Shown here: one piece after another, positions 1-12,101 of the stretch
Numbering within the stretch: position 1 is the stretch's first letter
Layout of the letters: each line of letters begins with the position of its first letter
Notes under the pieces: model-generated
Database searches by the model: none
Seen by the model: the letters and a program-made list of their open reading frames with translations, nothing else
Told to the model about the DNA's origin: nothing
Position numbers and translations under genes: made by a program
Source: Naegleria gruberi
Lineage: Eukaryota
NCBI GenBank assembly: GCA_000004985.1
Contig: GG738852.1
Length of the DNA: 64,000 nucleotides
Strand: one strand, 5' to 3'

Positions 1-647
1 AATTTAAATTGTAATTGGTCAACTACAATTTTAGATTCAAAAACATGTTTACAAAATTCAATTCCACTCACAAGCGACACTAATGTCATTACATTCTTTG
101 TATTATCTACACAAACCATGAAAGGATAATAAACAGCAAATTGAACAGATGTTTGATTAATAAAATTATTCGAATCTAATTTGAAATTCAACTTATTGGA
201 AATATAAAATTGCTTAATTGATCCCATTGCCTCTCTTTGATAAGGAATAAACTCACATTCCTTATTGAGTGTAATTAATTTTCTTTTTCTATTATTTTTC
301 TTTTTACATTCCTTTTTTAAAAGTTGATGAAATAAATTTCCATTTTTAGAATCATCACGAATAAAATCCAATTTAATTTCATCAAATTGAGAATAAATTG
401 AATCGTCGGACCCGAATAATTCTCTATATTGTTCATTCAAGTTTAATCTTCCACTTGTCGAATTTAAATAACAAATTTTAATTAATGCATGATGAAATGA
501 TGAAGTTGATGAAAAGAAAGTTGAATTCCAATAATTGCATACAAGCGAACACGATTTAAAAAGTGTGCTGACATCCAAGTGAGAAAATATGATCAATAAC
601 ACATAGGGATCATCAATGTGTGAAATTGATATGGTCAATTTGTGCAT
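1..647 (-). CDS. F-box-like protein, N-terminal part only (ORF runs off the left window edge)
   Basis: ATG at 647-645 follows an A-run on the minus strand. The frame stays open to position 1, so with no stop in the window it is absent from the ORF track. N-terminus MHKLTISISHIDDPYVLLIIFSHLDVSTLFKSCSLVCNYWN fits the F-box pattern (hh..IF..L....L.....VC..W). Confidence 0.5.
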   Translation of the reverse strand, partial: MHKLTISISHIDDPYVLLIIFSHLDVSTLFKSCSLVCNYWNSTFFSSTSSFHHALIKICYLNSTSGRLNLNEQYRELFGSDDSIYSQFDEIKLDFIRDDSKNGNLFHQLLKKECKKKNNRKRKLITLNKECEFIPYQREAMGSIKQFYISNKLNFKLDSNNFINQTSVQFAVYYPFMVCVDNTKNVMTLVSLVSGIEFCKHVFESKIVVDQLQFK

Positions 648-751
648 TTTTTTGAAATAGTTTTTATCTAGATGGTATTCGAAGAAATTATAAGATAATG
701 CAGTTCATACGAATCCAATTGATATTTCAATCCACATTGTTACTTCTTTAT

Positions 752-1677
752 TTATCTAATCAAAAGCAAACTCATAACAAAACCAACAGTAATATAAATA
801 ATCATTACTAAGGAGAAAGTAGATGAAGATTCACTTTCCTTTCTATCCATATAATCATAATAATTGGATGGAAGTGGAGTAATGTAATCTGGAATTTTTC
901 CAATCATTTCAACAGTCTTACTACATGAGCTAGGTGCAAAAAAGTCAACCTTCATAATCTTGGCGTCATTATGTCTACACATATCATCCAATCCAGCTGG
1001 TCTTGGAGATTTAAAGTTGGTTTTGGCAAATAATATACTACTCTTATCTCCTTGTTTGAAATTGTAATACTTTTCGTATCCAGTTCCAGACATAACCAAT
1101 GGTCTTTCAAAGACAATATTAATATTGGATGAGGTATTAGTGGTTCTCGAATATCCTGCTCCTTTGAGTTGAGGAACAAGCTTATCAGGAATAGCATCGG
1201 AACCAGCAATGTATTCATGGAAGTAATGATTATAGTAGACATCTCTGTATCCAACATAGATTAAGCTGTTTAGCATTTTGGAATTATCTACACCTCCATC
1301 AACTGGAACTGGATCTAAATACTCATATCCCTATTTAATAATAGTAATATTTAAATATTAAAATTGAAGAAATTAATAATCTAAATAATTAATTATAAAC
1401 GTACACTTCTGAATCCGATGCCAGCCCACCCATTAGCAGCATCAGTAAAAACAGCTCTTCCATCTATCCATCATTTAATAATAATATATTAATTTCCAAT
1501 CTTTAAATACCATCAAATATTAAACCTACAAATCTTTGAATCCTTAATCGTCCAGAAGAAGTAATTATTATTGTACTCCACACAATTCTCATACACAACA
1601 TCAGCATCAACAAACAAAATACTTCCGAGCAGGAGGACTATCACCACAGCTGCAAATCCCAATCTAAGGCTCATCAT
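752..1677 (-). CDS. Secreted/membrane-anchored DOMON-like domain protein (3 exons)
   Basis: Exons 1530..1677, 1405..1463 and 752..1330 join in frame across GT-AG introns 1464..1529 (gtaggt..atag, 66 nt) and 1331..1404 (gtacgt..atag, 74 nt). N-terminal signal peptide MMSLRLGFAAVVIVLLLGS. DOMON-like motifs GWAGIGF and VFERPL. C-terminal TM FSLVMIIYITVGFVMSLLLI. Confidence 0.55.
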
Positions 1678-2206
1678 CAACAGCTAAGATTTTTTCTAAA
1701 TAAAAGAACAATATTTTCAGAGGGGAAATCAAGATAAGGTGATCAGTCTGATCTTACGGCGTTTTGAAACGCCCTTAAACATAACTAACTGTTGTATCGG
1801 AGGTTTTTGAGAAGATCCTCGAAATGAAATATTTCTTCAGGTGGTTATGATCTGACATCTAATCCATTATAATAGATAATACTTGTACGGTAACAATTCC
1901 ATTAAACCTGATATTGTTTCTAATAATTTTTCAGTTTGTTGAAGTTCGAATAAACTTATCCTTTAGAGGAAAACAAACACTCAAATTCCGAGCCAATGAG
2001 TAGCCCACAAATAGATGAATCTTATAAATGTTGTGAAATATTCACACAACCCATTCGATATCTCAACATCAGTAATGTAACATTCTTTGAAGATTCCTCC
2101 AAATTGACAACTTTTTTTGCATGAAACACCTTCAACCTCGCAGGGATCTAGCCGCAAACTGGATTTGGCGCGGTTTTGAAAACCAATTAAAATCCTCCTC
2201 GAAAAA

Positions 2207-3380
2207 ATGTCCAAAAAGCAAAGAATGGATCCACAAGGTTATCTCTTGGCCACTGATGAAATATCCGTTGTCCTATCATTCATCAATGATCACAAGACAT
2301 TAAATAATTTATCATTGTGTAACAAGGCCATACACAGTCAAATCGATCACATTGTGAATGGTTTGGTAGAAAGTCCACAGAAATTAATAGATTTTTGGAG
2401 AAGTAAATCGATTGATCCTGTTCTTGCATTCACCTATTTGAAGGAGACAAAAATCAAGTTACCATCCTATTCAGAAACTTTATTGAAATCATGCAATATG
2501 CATGTTGATTTGTTTTACAAAGCTTTCAAGTAAGTAGTTGTAGTATTGTTAATCATTATTTCACACATTTTAAAACCAAAACCTACTAAAATCATGATAA
2601 TGAAACAGTCGTTGTCCAGGAGGAAATGTTGATGCATTTATTCTAATGTGGAGACTTTTATTCACACATGATGAAGGACTCAAAGTTTGGCGTTGTTCTG
2701 CAAGAAACTGGGATGGCTCTTATTATGCATATAATCCATTTTGGAGTGAAGAAAAGAAGCCAAATTGGCCACAACTTTTGAAATGTATTATGAAGCAATC
2801 CATCAAGCATAAATCAGTTCTTTTCACCGAATTGATTCCTGAATTTGATAGTGATGAGTATGATACTGATTGGGCTCAAGTTCAAGCTCAAGTTTTTGTT
2901 AATAATGCCAAATTACTTGATTTTAAAAAGAAACTTGTAACAAACAAGAAGGAAAATACTAATCCAATCAAGACAGCTAAGAAATCTAAAAAGTCTAAAA
3001 AATCTGATACACCAACCTTAATTGACCACTCCAATCCATTAACTCTTCTAGATGAAATCAAAGAATTTTGTCAAGTCAAACTTCCTGTAAATGAATCAGA
3101 TGATTTTGAAGATGAGTATGGATCCATGTCAAAATCTGGAAAGGAGTTCAGAAGAGGTGCAAAATCAACTAGTCTTGCTGAAAATGATGGTGATTGTGAT
3201 GACGATTATCATGATGTTTTTGCATCTCATTTGGAAAATATTATTGAGAGAATTAAAAAGATTGAACCAGTTCCACCTAAACAAGTATTGAATCAAGATG
3301 ATGATGATCTAATGATAATGAAGACAATGATGAAGAACAAGATGAAGAGGAAGAGGATGAGGATGAATAAATCATCTTGA
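2207..3380 (+). CDS. Hypothetical protein with F-box-like N-terminus and acidic/lysine-rich C-terminus (2 exons)
   Basis: ORFs 2207..2533 and 2646..3380 join in frame through intron 2530..2608 (gtaagt..acag, 79 nt; phase 2). A-run before the ATG. N-terminal motif ISVVLSFINDHKTLNNLSLCNKAIHSQI. No other recognisable domain. Confidence 0.6.
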
Positions 3381-3475
3381 ATTTTACTGTATTTCCAATA
3401 AATACAAATTCAAACAACATTGATCTTGCAACAATTAAGTGGTTGTCAATTTTCTTTCAAGTTATTATTAAAAAA

Positions 3476-6400
3476 ATGAATAAATTGCGTTCTGTTGTGT
3501 CAAAGAAGAAACAACGTTACCAAAAGGAAGGTTTTGACCTCGACTTGACGTACATTAGTGATCGTGTCATTAGGTAAGTTTCTACTCGAAAGACAATAGT
3601 TTCGAATAAAGAATAGTATGGGTTTCCCTTCAACAGGTGCAGAAAGTTTGTACAGAAATCCTTTGGAAGAAGTAAAATCCTTTTTCCAGTCCAAACACGA
3701 CGACCACTACAAGATTTATAATTTGTGTTCGGAGAAGAATTATGATCCTAGTGTATTTTCGAATCGTGTTGCTAGGTAAGTTTCGAATAGAATAATAATA
3801 GTAACACCTTTTATAGATTCCCATTTGATGACCACAATGCTCCACATTTTTCATTAATTTTGGATTTTTGTGAAGGTGAGTTTAAAGTTTCGAATTGTTT
3901 GATGGAATTGTATAGATGCTTGTCGTTACTTGATGGAAGATAAACAAAATACTCTTGCTGTTCACTGTAAAGGTAAGTCTAAATTGCTATGAATTCATTC
4001 CATTGACATGTGACTTTAGCCGGCAAAGGAAGAACTGTATGTTTTTCTAATAGTATTTGAAAATTAATGTTTTAACAACAAAAAATATCCATTAACAATT
4101 ATCATCAACACACAACCGATATTTCATCATCAATCATACCAATTATGTCATTGCACAAATTTCTCTCTCAAATAGGGTACTATGGTTTCATCTTTGATGA
4201 TTTATACTGGTTTCTGCTCAACTGCATCCGAAGCTATGGAATTATTTGGTAGAATCAGATGTAATGATTCTAAAGGTGTGACTATTCCTTCTCAGAAGAG
4301 GTAAGTTTTGATGCATTTTTCTTCATTTACTAAAGATTTTCAATGTTAATCATTCGATCATTGTGAAATCTCTGAAATAGATATGTTCAATATTTTGAGG
4401 AATGTGTTGTTCATAGAGGAATGAGATTTCCAACAAAAGATGCGAAAATTACACTCAAAGCTGTTCATATGAATTCAGTTCCACACTTTGATAGAGATGA
4501 AGGAAGTGATCCATACTTTGTCATTCATCAACCTTTCTATGATAAGGAAACAAGAGATAATTATCGTATGGAAAAGTTATTTGATTATTCGGTAAGTTGA
4601 TCATTTTACATAATTTGCTGAAATTCACACAATTTGTAGCAAAATGAAAAAGTTAAACATTTAAAGAAGGGAGAGGAAGTTTGGATTAAAAATTTGAATA
4701 TTGACCTTTCTGGTGACTTTAGAATGATTTTCTATGATATGGATAAAGTCAAGAAGGATGAAAAAATGTTCATGCTTTGGTTGAATACAAACTTTTTACA
4801 CTTGCACCAACCTTACAATTCTTCCAATTCAATTCCACATAGAAAATTTTTGGGTCCTAATGATATTGTTGTTAGAATTCCAAAAGTTGAATTGGATAAA
4901 GCTGTAAAAGACAAGAAGAATCAAGCATTTGATGCTGATTTTTATGTTGACTTGATTATTGAAGTGAAGGAACCAAGTCAATATTCTGAACCACACAAAT
5001 TTGTGTACAATACACCAGACAGTGGAAAGGAATTGTTTGGAGAAATTCAACAATACGCTAAAACTGAAGCTTCAAGCAAGGAAAAGGAAAAAGCCAGAAA
5101 ACAATACGAACAAGGTAGAGAATTCTTTGCATTGAAACAATATTCCAATGCTGTTACATCTTTCTCGAATGCTATTTTGATTGATAGTGGATTTGAGGAA
5201 GCTTACATGTCAAGAGGTTTAGCTAACATGAATTTGAAACGTTTCCCTGAAGCAATTTACGATTTCACAACTGTTTTGAATATTCTGGCTAAGGGAACTA
5301 CAAGTTTGGGTGAAGATATTCCAATTCAAGATAGTATTACAATTACTTTAAGAGCATATCACTCCAGAGGTAAATGTCATACTAAAATGAAGGAATATGA
5401 ATTTGCCATCAAGGATTATGATAGTGCCACTTCAATTTTAGAACATGCTCAACATATTGGAAACGATGGATGTTCTACCACTACTGTATCCAACAATAAT
5501 CACTCTACATCTCCTTTCACTGATTCACTCTTCCAAACATTCTTTAGAGTTTATCTCGATAGAGGTCTCATTAACGATGCTCTTCAAAAATACTCTGACT
5601 GTATTATTGATTATACTAACTTTATCAAATATATGGATCCACTCTCTGAATCTCTAGTTGTTAAATTGAGAGAAGGTAAAATAACTGCAAACAAGTATGA
5701 ACAATACTTGTTTGAATTGTTCCAAGCCTTTTACAATAAGGCAATTGCTATTGGAAAGGTCGATAATTATCCTAACAAGGAAACTCAAGTATTCCATGAC
5801 TTGAACAAGGCAGTTGATTATATTGAAAAGATGTCTGACCCAATTAACAGTCCAGATGCTCTAGTATTTGGTCAAGTCTACCTTGCCAGAGGTGATAGAC
5901 AAACAGATAAGGAAGCTGCCATTAACGATTTCCTTAAATGTCTCTTATATGATAAGACTAACAGGATAGCTACAAAGAGATTGGCTGTTTTACTCTATGA
6001 ACAAAAGCAGTACAAGAGAGCTGTTCTCTATTTTTCAAAACTCATCAAGGATGAACCACAAAATGTCAAAATGCTTACCAATAGAGCTATTTGTTATTTA
6101 AAATTGGAACTTTATGAAAATGCCATTGTTGATTTTAAGGCAGCTCAGAATTTATCACCTGATACTATGAATTTATATGTACAATGTGCCAGATGCTACA
6201 GAAGAAAACACGAACTCTCAGACCCAGCTCAAATACCTCAAAAAGAATTGGAAGATTGTGAAATTCAATATTCAACAGCTATTGATTATCTTCAAAAGAG
6301 AAAGAAGGCAGCTACTCCATCCACTCCAAGCACACCAACTCTCTCTTCATCCTCAACTATTAAGGACGATGATCTTAAAACTCTCTACTTTGAACGTGGT

Positions 6401-6724
6401 ATGACTAGATTCGCTCTGAAAAAATACGAAAGTGCTATTCTCGATTATAGTCATTGTCTTGAACTCGACCCAAATCATTCCCTAGCTCTCTACAATAGAG
6501 CTTACACTCGTCAAAAATTCTTGAAACAATACGACAAGGCCATCACTGACTATGAACAAGTTCTGACCTTCAATTCATCTGATCTAAAGGCACGTCTTGA
6601 AAAGGGATGTTGCCTCTACTATTTAAAGAAAGATGAAGAAGCAATTATGGAATGGCAATTAGTATTGAAAAAAGATCCAAACAATGAAGCTGCCAAAGTG
6701 TATCTTTCCCAATTAGCTAAATAA
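3476..6724 (+). CDS. PTEN-type lipid/protein phosphatase plus C2 domain, fused to a long C-terminal TPR array (8 exons)
   Basis: Exons 3476..3573, 3617..3775, 3817..3875, 3916..3972, 4020..4036, 4176..4300, 4381..4591 and 4640..6724, all joined in frame by GT-AG introns of 43, 41, 40, 47, 139, 80 and 48 nt. The spliced product reads [42 protein letters not shown]...YKIYNLCSE...FPFDDHNAPHF...LAVHCKAGKGRTGTMV...KGVTIPSQKRYVQYF. This is collinear with human PTEN, including the HCKAGKGRTG P-loop. The last exon holds C2-like sequence followed by many 34-aa TPR-like repeats (e.g. AYMSRGLANMNLKRFPEAIYDFTTVLNI). Confidence 0.85.
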
Positions 6725-6808
6725 ATATTCACTCCATTTTAACTCAATTCAACAAAGTTTTTAAAAAAAAAATCAACAAATTTTCTCGCTTTTTAAAAAT
6801 AGAAAAAA

Positions 6809-9800
6809 ATGAATAAACGACTAGAGGAATTTTCTCCTAAGCCAGTTGTTCGGAGCAGTAGAACAGCTGCTGCATCATCAAGTAATAGTAATATGGATGC
6901 TGATGATGATCAATTAATGGTAATTGATGAAAAAATCCTTCAAGAATTTAAACAATTTCACTCATCAGAAATGATTGAATATAATTCTAAAAAGTTTATT
7001 GAAAAGTATTGGAGCAATACACAAGAGAAGAACGAAAAGACCATGTATTTGGTAACCTTTTTACGTGATGTGATATATAAAGTACCAGAACATGAAGAAA
7101 AGGAATTACAAGTTTCGGAGAGGACACAAACAAACAGACAAAGATTAGAAGATTTGTTGGGAGGCTTGACCGGAGGAAATACTCCTACCATTAACAATTT
7201 TATGCAGCTATTGTCTGGATTGAGAGATCAACCAATGCCCATCACTACTTATTCTGAAGTTATAGTAAATCCTGATGAAACGGTAGAGATTGGATCCGAT
7301 TGGTTGTCTTGCTTGTTATGTTATGGACAAATGCAAAAGGAAGCACAGTACAAGAGAATATTAACAACAAATAGAGGAGTTTGTGGTAAAACTTGGACAG
7401 TTGGACAAATTGCATTCAAATGTAAAACTTGTCAGATGGATCCAACTTGTGCTATTTGTGAAGAATGTTTCAAGAAGGGAAATCATGAAGGACATGATTA
7501 TTCCATGACTAGAAATTCTAATGGTATGTGTGATTGTGGTGATGTTGAAGCTTGGAGTGTATCAGGTTTTTGTTGTGATCATACTGGAAGAAGTGATCCT
7601 CTGGCCCACTTGACCCCTGATTATTTGGAACTTTTGAAAGCCATCACCAAAGGATTATTCTCTAAAGAGGGTGTCATTAATAATTACATTCGAGAAATTA
7701 CAACCAAGTACAAATCGTTAAAAGATGAAGGTTCCAGAAAAAAGTCATTCCAACTGCAAACTCTCTACCAAAATTTCAAACAAGTTCTAGAAACTGTTTT
7801 GGAAAATTTTGATTCATCACCTTGTCTCAAAAAGTTAGCATATTTGGAACTTAAAGAGTTGAAAAAGGGATCGACGTCTCTAGATGAAATATTACTGAGC
7901 ATACCATCAATGACTCAACCAATCAAGTATTTGTATTCTGATATCTTTATGTCTTTCATAACAGACATTGATTTTAAAACATTTTTCTCGGAGAGATTTA
8001 TTGCTCATTACTCCATAATTATTGAAGACTACAAGGAATATTTGAAAACAAAAAATAAGGAAAATCGTGAAGATGATGAGAGAAAGTCAGTCCACATCTC
8101 TTCTCTTTCTGTTCAGCTATTAACTACTCCAACCGTAGCTGCCCACTTGATAGAAAATTGCAACTTGGTCTCAGTTCTTTTAGATACGTTAATAGAAACT
8201 GTAGAGGATGAATCTATAATGGATGAGACTAGAAATAATAGATTAGTTTATAATCCTGAAGCCAATTCTAAAAAAGTAGAAGCTCTGTATCATATCATTT
8301 TTGATATTAACTATTGTGTTATGCATCAAAAATTCAGTGATCATGTTTTACTCAATGAAGATTGCTACCACAAATTTTTAACATTCCTCTCCTATCTTCA
8401 AGCAACAATTGATATTAATAGAAAAGATAGCGATGACTCTCAATGGTATACGGCCTTCAATTTGGAGATGGGTACTTTACCTAAAATCATTAGATCCATT
8501 ACCAGTTTTATCGAAGGATATGCTAATGATTCAAAATATAAGACTATCCTCCGTCAATTAATTATGAATCTCAGCAAGATCATTTTGGATGATAACTTTG
8601 AAATTGAAACAGATGGTACTGTAAAAGTTAATCCATTCAATATTCCAATTACATACAACTTACCATTGCACAGGTTTGCAACAACCATATTCAAACAATT
8701 AATGTCAATATTCCCAACTGTTTCTCTCAAGTCATCTATTTCTGAAATTTTAGAACAAACATCACCAAACTCGCCACAAGTAACAAATCAATTCTTAATA
8801 CAGTTACTTGAACAGCCACTCAAAATTTTTGTTACTTCAGCCCAAATTACTGCTAGACTTTGGCAAAGAAATCATGAACATAGTAAGTAATTTAAATTTG
8901 AAAATCTTAAGATCAATTTTTCCAGTTCTTGAGCAATCTTATAATTATAATTCTGAAGCTTTTGGTGATTACACCTATTGTAATGACATATTCTTGATTC
9001 AAATTATTAGTGGACTCATGGATAATCATGATTTAATATTTAGAACACTTATCAAAAAGTTCAACAACTCCTTGGATGAATTGAAATTGTTTACCAAGGA
9101 AAAGCTAAAAGAAGATGAAGATAAAAGATCCATTTTGGAAGAAGAGTTTGCAAGACTCTTAGTTTGCATAAGTACCAACAGAGTATTTATGGATTCAATG
9201 AGCAACTTTGATATTTGTAGAAAATATGTTCTTCATTACTTGTTTACTGAGGAAAAATGCAAATTTTCAGATATTGTTTCGGCAGTTCCAAAATCCTTCA
9301 GAGCAGCTGGTATTGATCTCAAAGTTATTGTAAACGAAGTTGCTAATTTCCACAAGCCAAAAGGATCTCACGATCAGGGTTATTTTACTGTAAAATCAAA
9401 TTATTGGGATGAATTGGATCCATACTTTATTGGTATGAGCTCTCAATTATTTTATCAAGCTACAGAACAATACAAGACACAAACAGGGCTAAAACAACCT
9501 CCACCAATTTGTCTGGAAAAGCCAATATTTGCTGCCAATCAACAACTTGAAAGTGGGCTTACAGGATTAATGCTCAGTAATTCACTTTACAAGATAATTT
9601 TCTTTATCATGTATAGAACGATAATTTGGAGAAAGGATTCTAGCCAAGAACAGTTACCAGCTTTTGTTCTTCATTTACTCTTACTCTCACTGAATCATGT
9701 TCCTACTGGTACAGCAGAAGTTTCCCAAATAACTGTTCCTTCTAAACAATCCTTGCTCTCACCAATTAATAGTTATTTGGACATTCCATTTAAAGATGGT

Positions 9801-12080
9801 GAATCTCCAGTCAAGCTCATTCTTCGACCAATAGAAGATAGTGAAGGCAATGAATATTCTATCATTAGAATGCTTTTCGAATTTGGAAATCAAGGTGAAC
9901 TTGTTAATAAGATTTTCAATAGATTGATTGAATTGAACGAAGCTTGTGATAAAATTGTTGTTGAGGCTAGATTAAAGAAAGAAAACACCAGTAATAAGGA
10001 AGAGAAGGAAGCCAAGAAGAAGAGAGCTTTAGCCAATCGTCAAAAATTGTTGGAAAAGATGAATGCCAGTCAGAAAATGTTTGCCCAGAGCTTGGAAGAA
10101 GAGGAAGACACTGTTGACGATTCCGACAAATTGAAATGTGCCCTCTGTCATGACCACAAGTCACCAGAAGGAAACGAGTCTCTTTCTCTCCTCTGCCAAA
10201 TTGTTAACAACCCATTCCCTCAAATCACTAGAAACAAGGAAAATGTATCCCTCTTTGGAAATATTAGAAACAAACCAATTGTTGATATTGGAGAATTAAC
10301 AGAAGCATTTGCTGATGTCAATAAGGAACACAATGTTCAAATTAATTTCTGCTCTCATGCTTGCCATGCCGATTGTTTTGATAGATACTATACAAATCTT
10401 GTTCAAGAAGAATCTAGACGAAGAAGATTTAAAGGTTTTGGTCAAATAGATTTGGAAAGTATGGAAATACTCTGTCCAATTTGTTCTAGAGTGGCAAATT
10501 GTCTCTGCCCAATTGTTTCAAATCATGCCAATTTGCTCCAATCATCCAATTCTGTATCAACAGAATTACCATCACTTGAAACAATCGCTTCATTCATGAA
10601 GGATATTAAGGTTAAGGACAAGGCAGAAGATGTGAAAACTTCCACTACTCTTTCAACTATTTGTGAGAAAATTATTAATAAGAAGAAAGAAGACTTGGGT
10701 GATACTCTCGATCCAATGCCAGTTGATATTGAACCTTTTGAGTTGATTGATTCGGCATACTTTTCCAATACGTTTAGTTCGGAGATCGCTGTAGAGGAAA
10801 TACTTCAAAGAAGTCAACCACATTTACAAGTATTGCCTGAAGCAGTCAGAAAATCCCTCAGCCACGTATTTGGTCTTCTCATTTCATTCCAACAACTTAA
10901 TGAAAAGAATAGAGGAAAGACTCTTCAAGAAATTAATGCAGTAGTTGGTTCAATGATGGGCTTGAAATCCTATGCAAATTTGAGCCTTTATGATGAAGGA
11001 TTTAGAGAAAGAAAGATGTATCTTCCATTCTTGAGTGGAGACATGTTTACACTATTTGTGAGGTTAACAACCTTGCTTTTCTCATCTGAAAGAAAGATGG
11101 ATTCAGCAATGTTCAGAGATTTGTTAATGGTATTCTATACATCACATATCATTCAGATAATTATGCAATGCAACTTGAGACTTCAACAATCATTTAGTAC
11201 AGGCATTCCATCTATTGATAAGGAAATCTCCACAATAGAGAATATTCCAATATTTGAAAGATTTGAACTCAGAACCCTTGAAACTGACATTATTTTATCT
11301 GAAGATGAAATTGCTAAAATGTCCTGCGGTTTCTTAAGAAGAGTTGCTCTGTATTATTCGTTACTTTTCCCAGAAGAAGAAATTCCAACCTCAAGCTCTG
11401 AACATGTAAATTTGACGAATTATCTCCACCTTCCAACAGTAGATAACCTTTTGGTAATGATTAGAGAATCTAACCCTTATTCTGAGTTGATAACTAAATG
11501 GATTGATCAAGTTAAATTGTCCATGCAAAGTCTTTCAAAAGCCCTCAATGAAGAAACACAAGATGAAGATGATGAAGATTTGTATGCTAGTCAAGCTGAT
11601 TCTTTGATACCTTGCTTTGCAACTCCAAAACCTTTCAGCTTTATTGAGCTACCAAGATTATACGAAGATCTCATTCTCAAGCATAACAATGAAAGATGCC
11701 CACTCTGTTCCAAGAAATTGGAAAATCCTGCCATTTGTTTAATCACTGGAGAATTAGTATGGCTGAAGCAATGCACATGTGAGAAGCACATTTGTGGTAA
11801 GCTTACAAGATATACCAGGGAGAAATATTCTGGATTTGGACTCTTCCTTGTTATTAAATCATCGAGAATTTTGCTTATGCACGAAAGTAGATCAGGAATT
11901 TTGCATTCCCCATACCTAGATAGTCATGGAGAAGAAGATAAGAACCTTAAAAGAGGTGTTCCTTTATTCTTCCACAAAGAAAGACTCGATGAAAACATTC
12001 AAAAGTTAGGAAGAATGAATTGGGATCATGATACCATCATTTTGGAAAAATGTTCTAATTTGCAAACTCATGTTTTGTAA
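6809..12080 (+). CDS. UBR1/UBR2-type E3 ubiquitin ligase (N-recognin), 2 exons
   Basis: ORFs 6809..8890 and 8808..12080 join in frame via intron 8883..8925 (gtaagt..ccag, 43 nt, phase 1). UBR-box zinc finger CGKTWTVGQIAFKCKTCQMDPTCAICEECFKKGNHEGHDYSMTRNSNGMCDCGDVEAWSVSGFCCDH. RING-like region CALCHD...CSHACHADCFDRY...CPICSR. Cys-rich C-terminal UBR-type tail (CPLCSKKLENPAICLITGE...). Confidence 0.9.
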
Positions 12081-12101
12081 ATCTAATTTATTTTCGATAA
12101 A

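Noticed and set aside
1735-1870. Possible box C/D snoRNA-like element (TGATCA..CTGA near 1741-1757 and TGATCTGA near 1847-1856, plus a GGCGTTT/AAACGCC hairpin at about 1768-1783)
   Set aside because: The C box is non-canonical (UGAUCA rather than UGAUGA), the terminal stem is only about 4 bp, and no rRNA-complementary guide can be checked here. The evidence is too weak to call.
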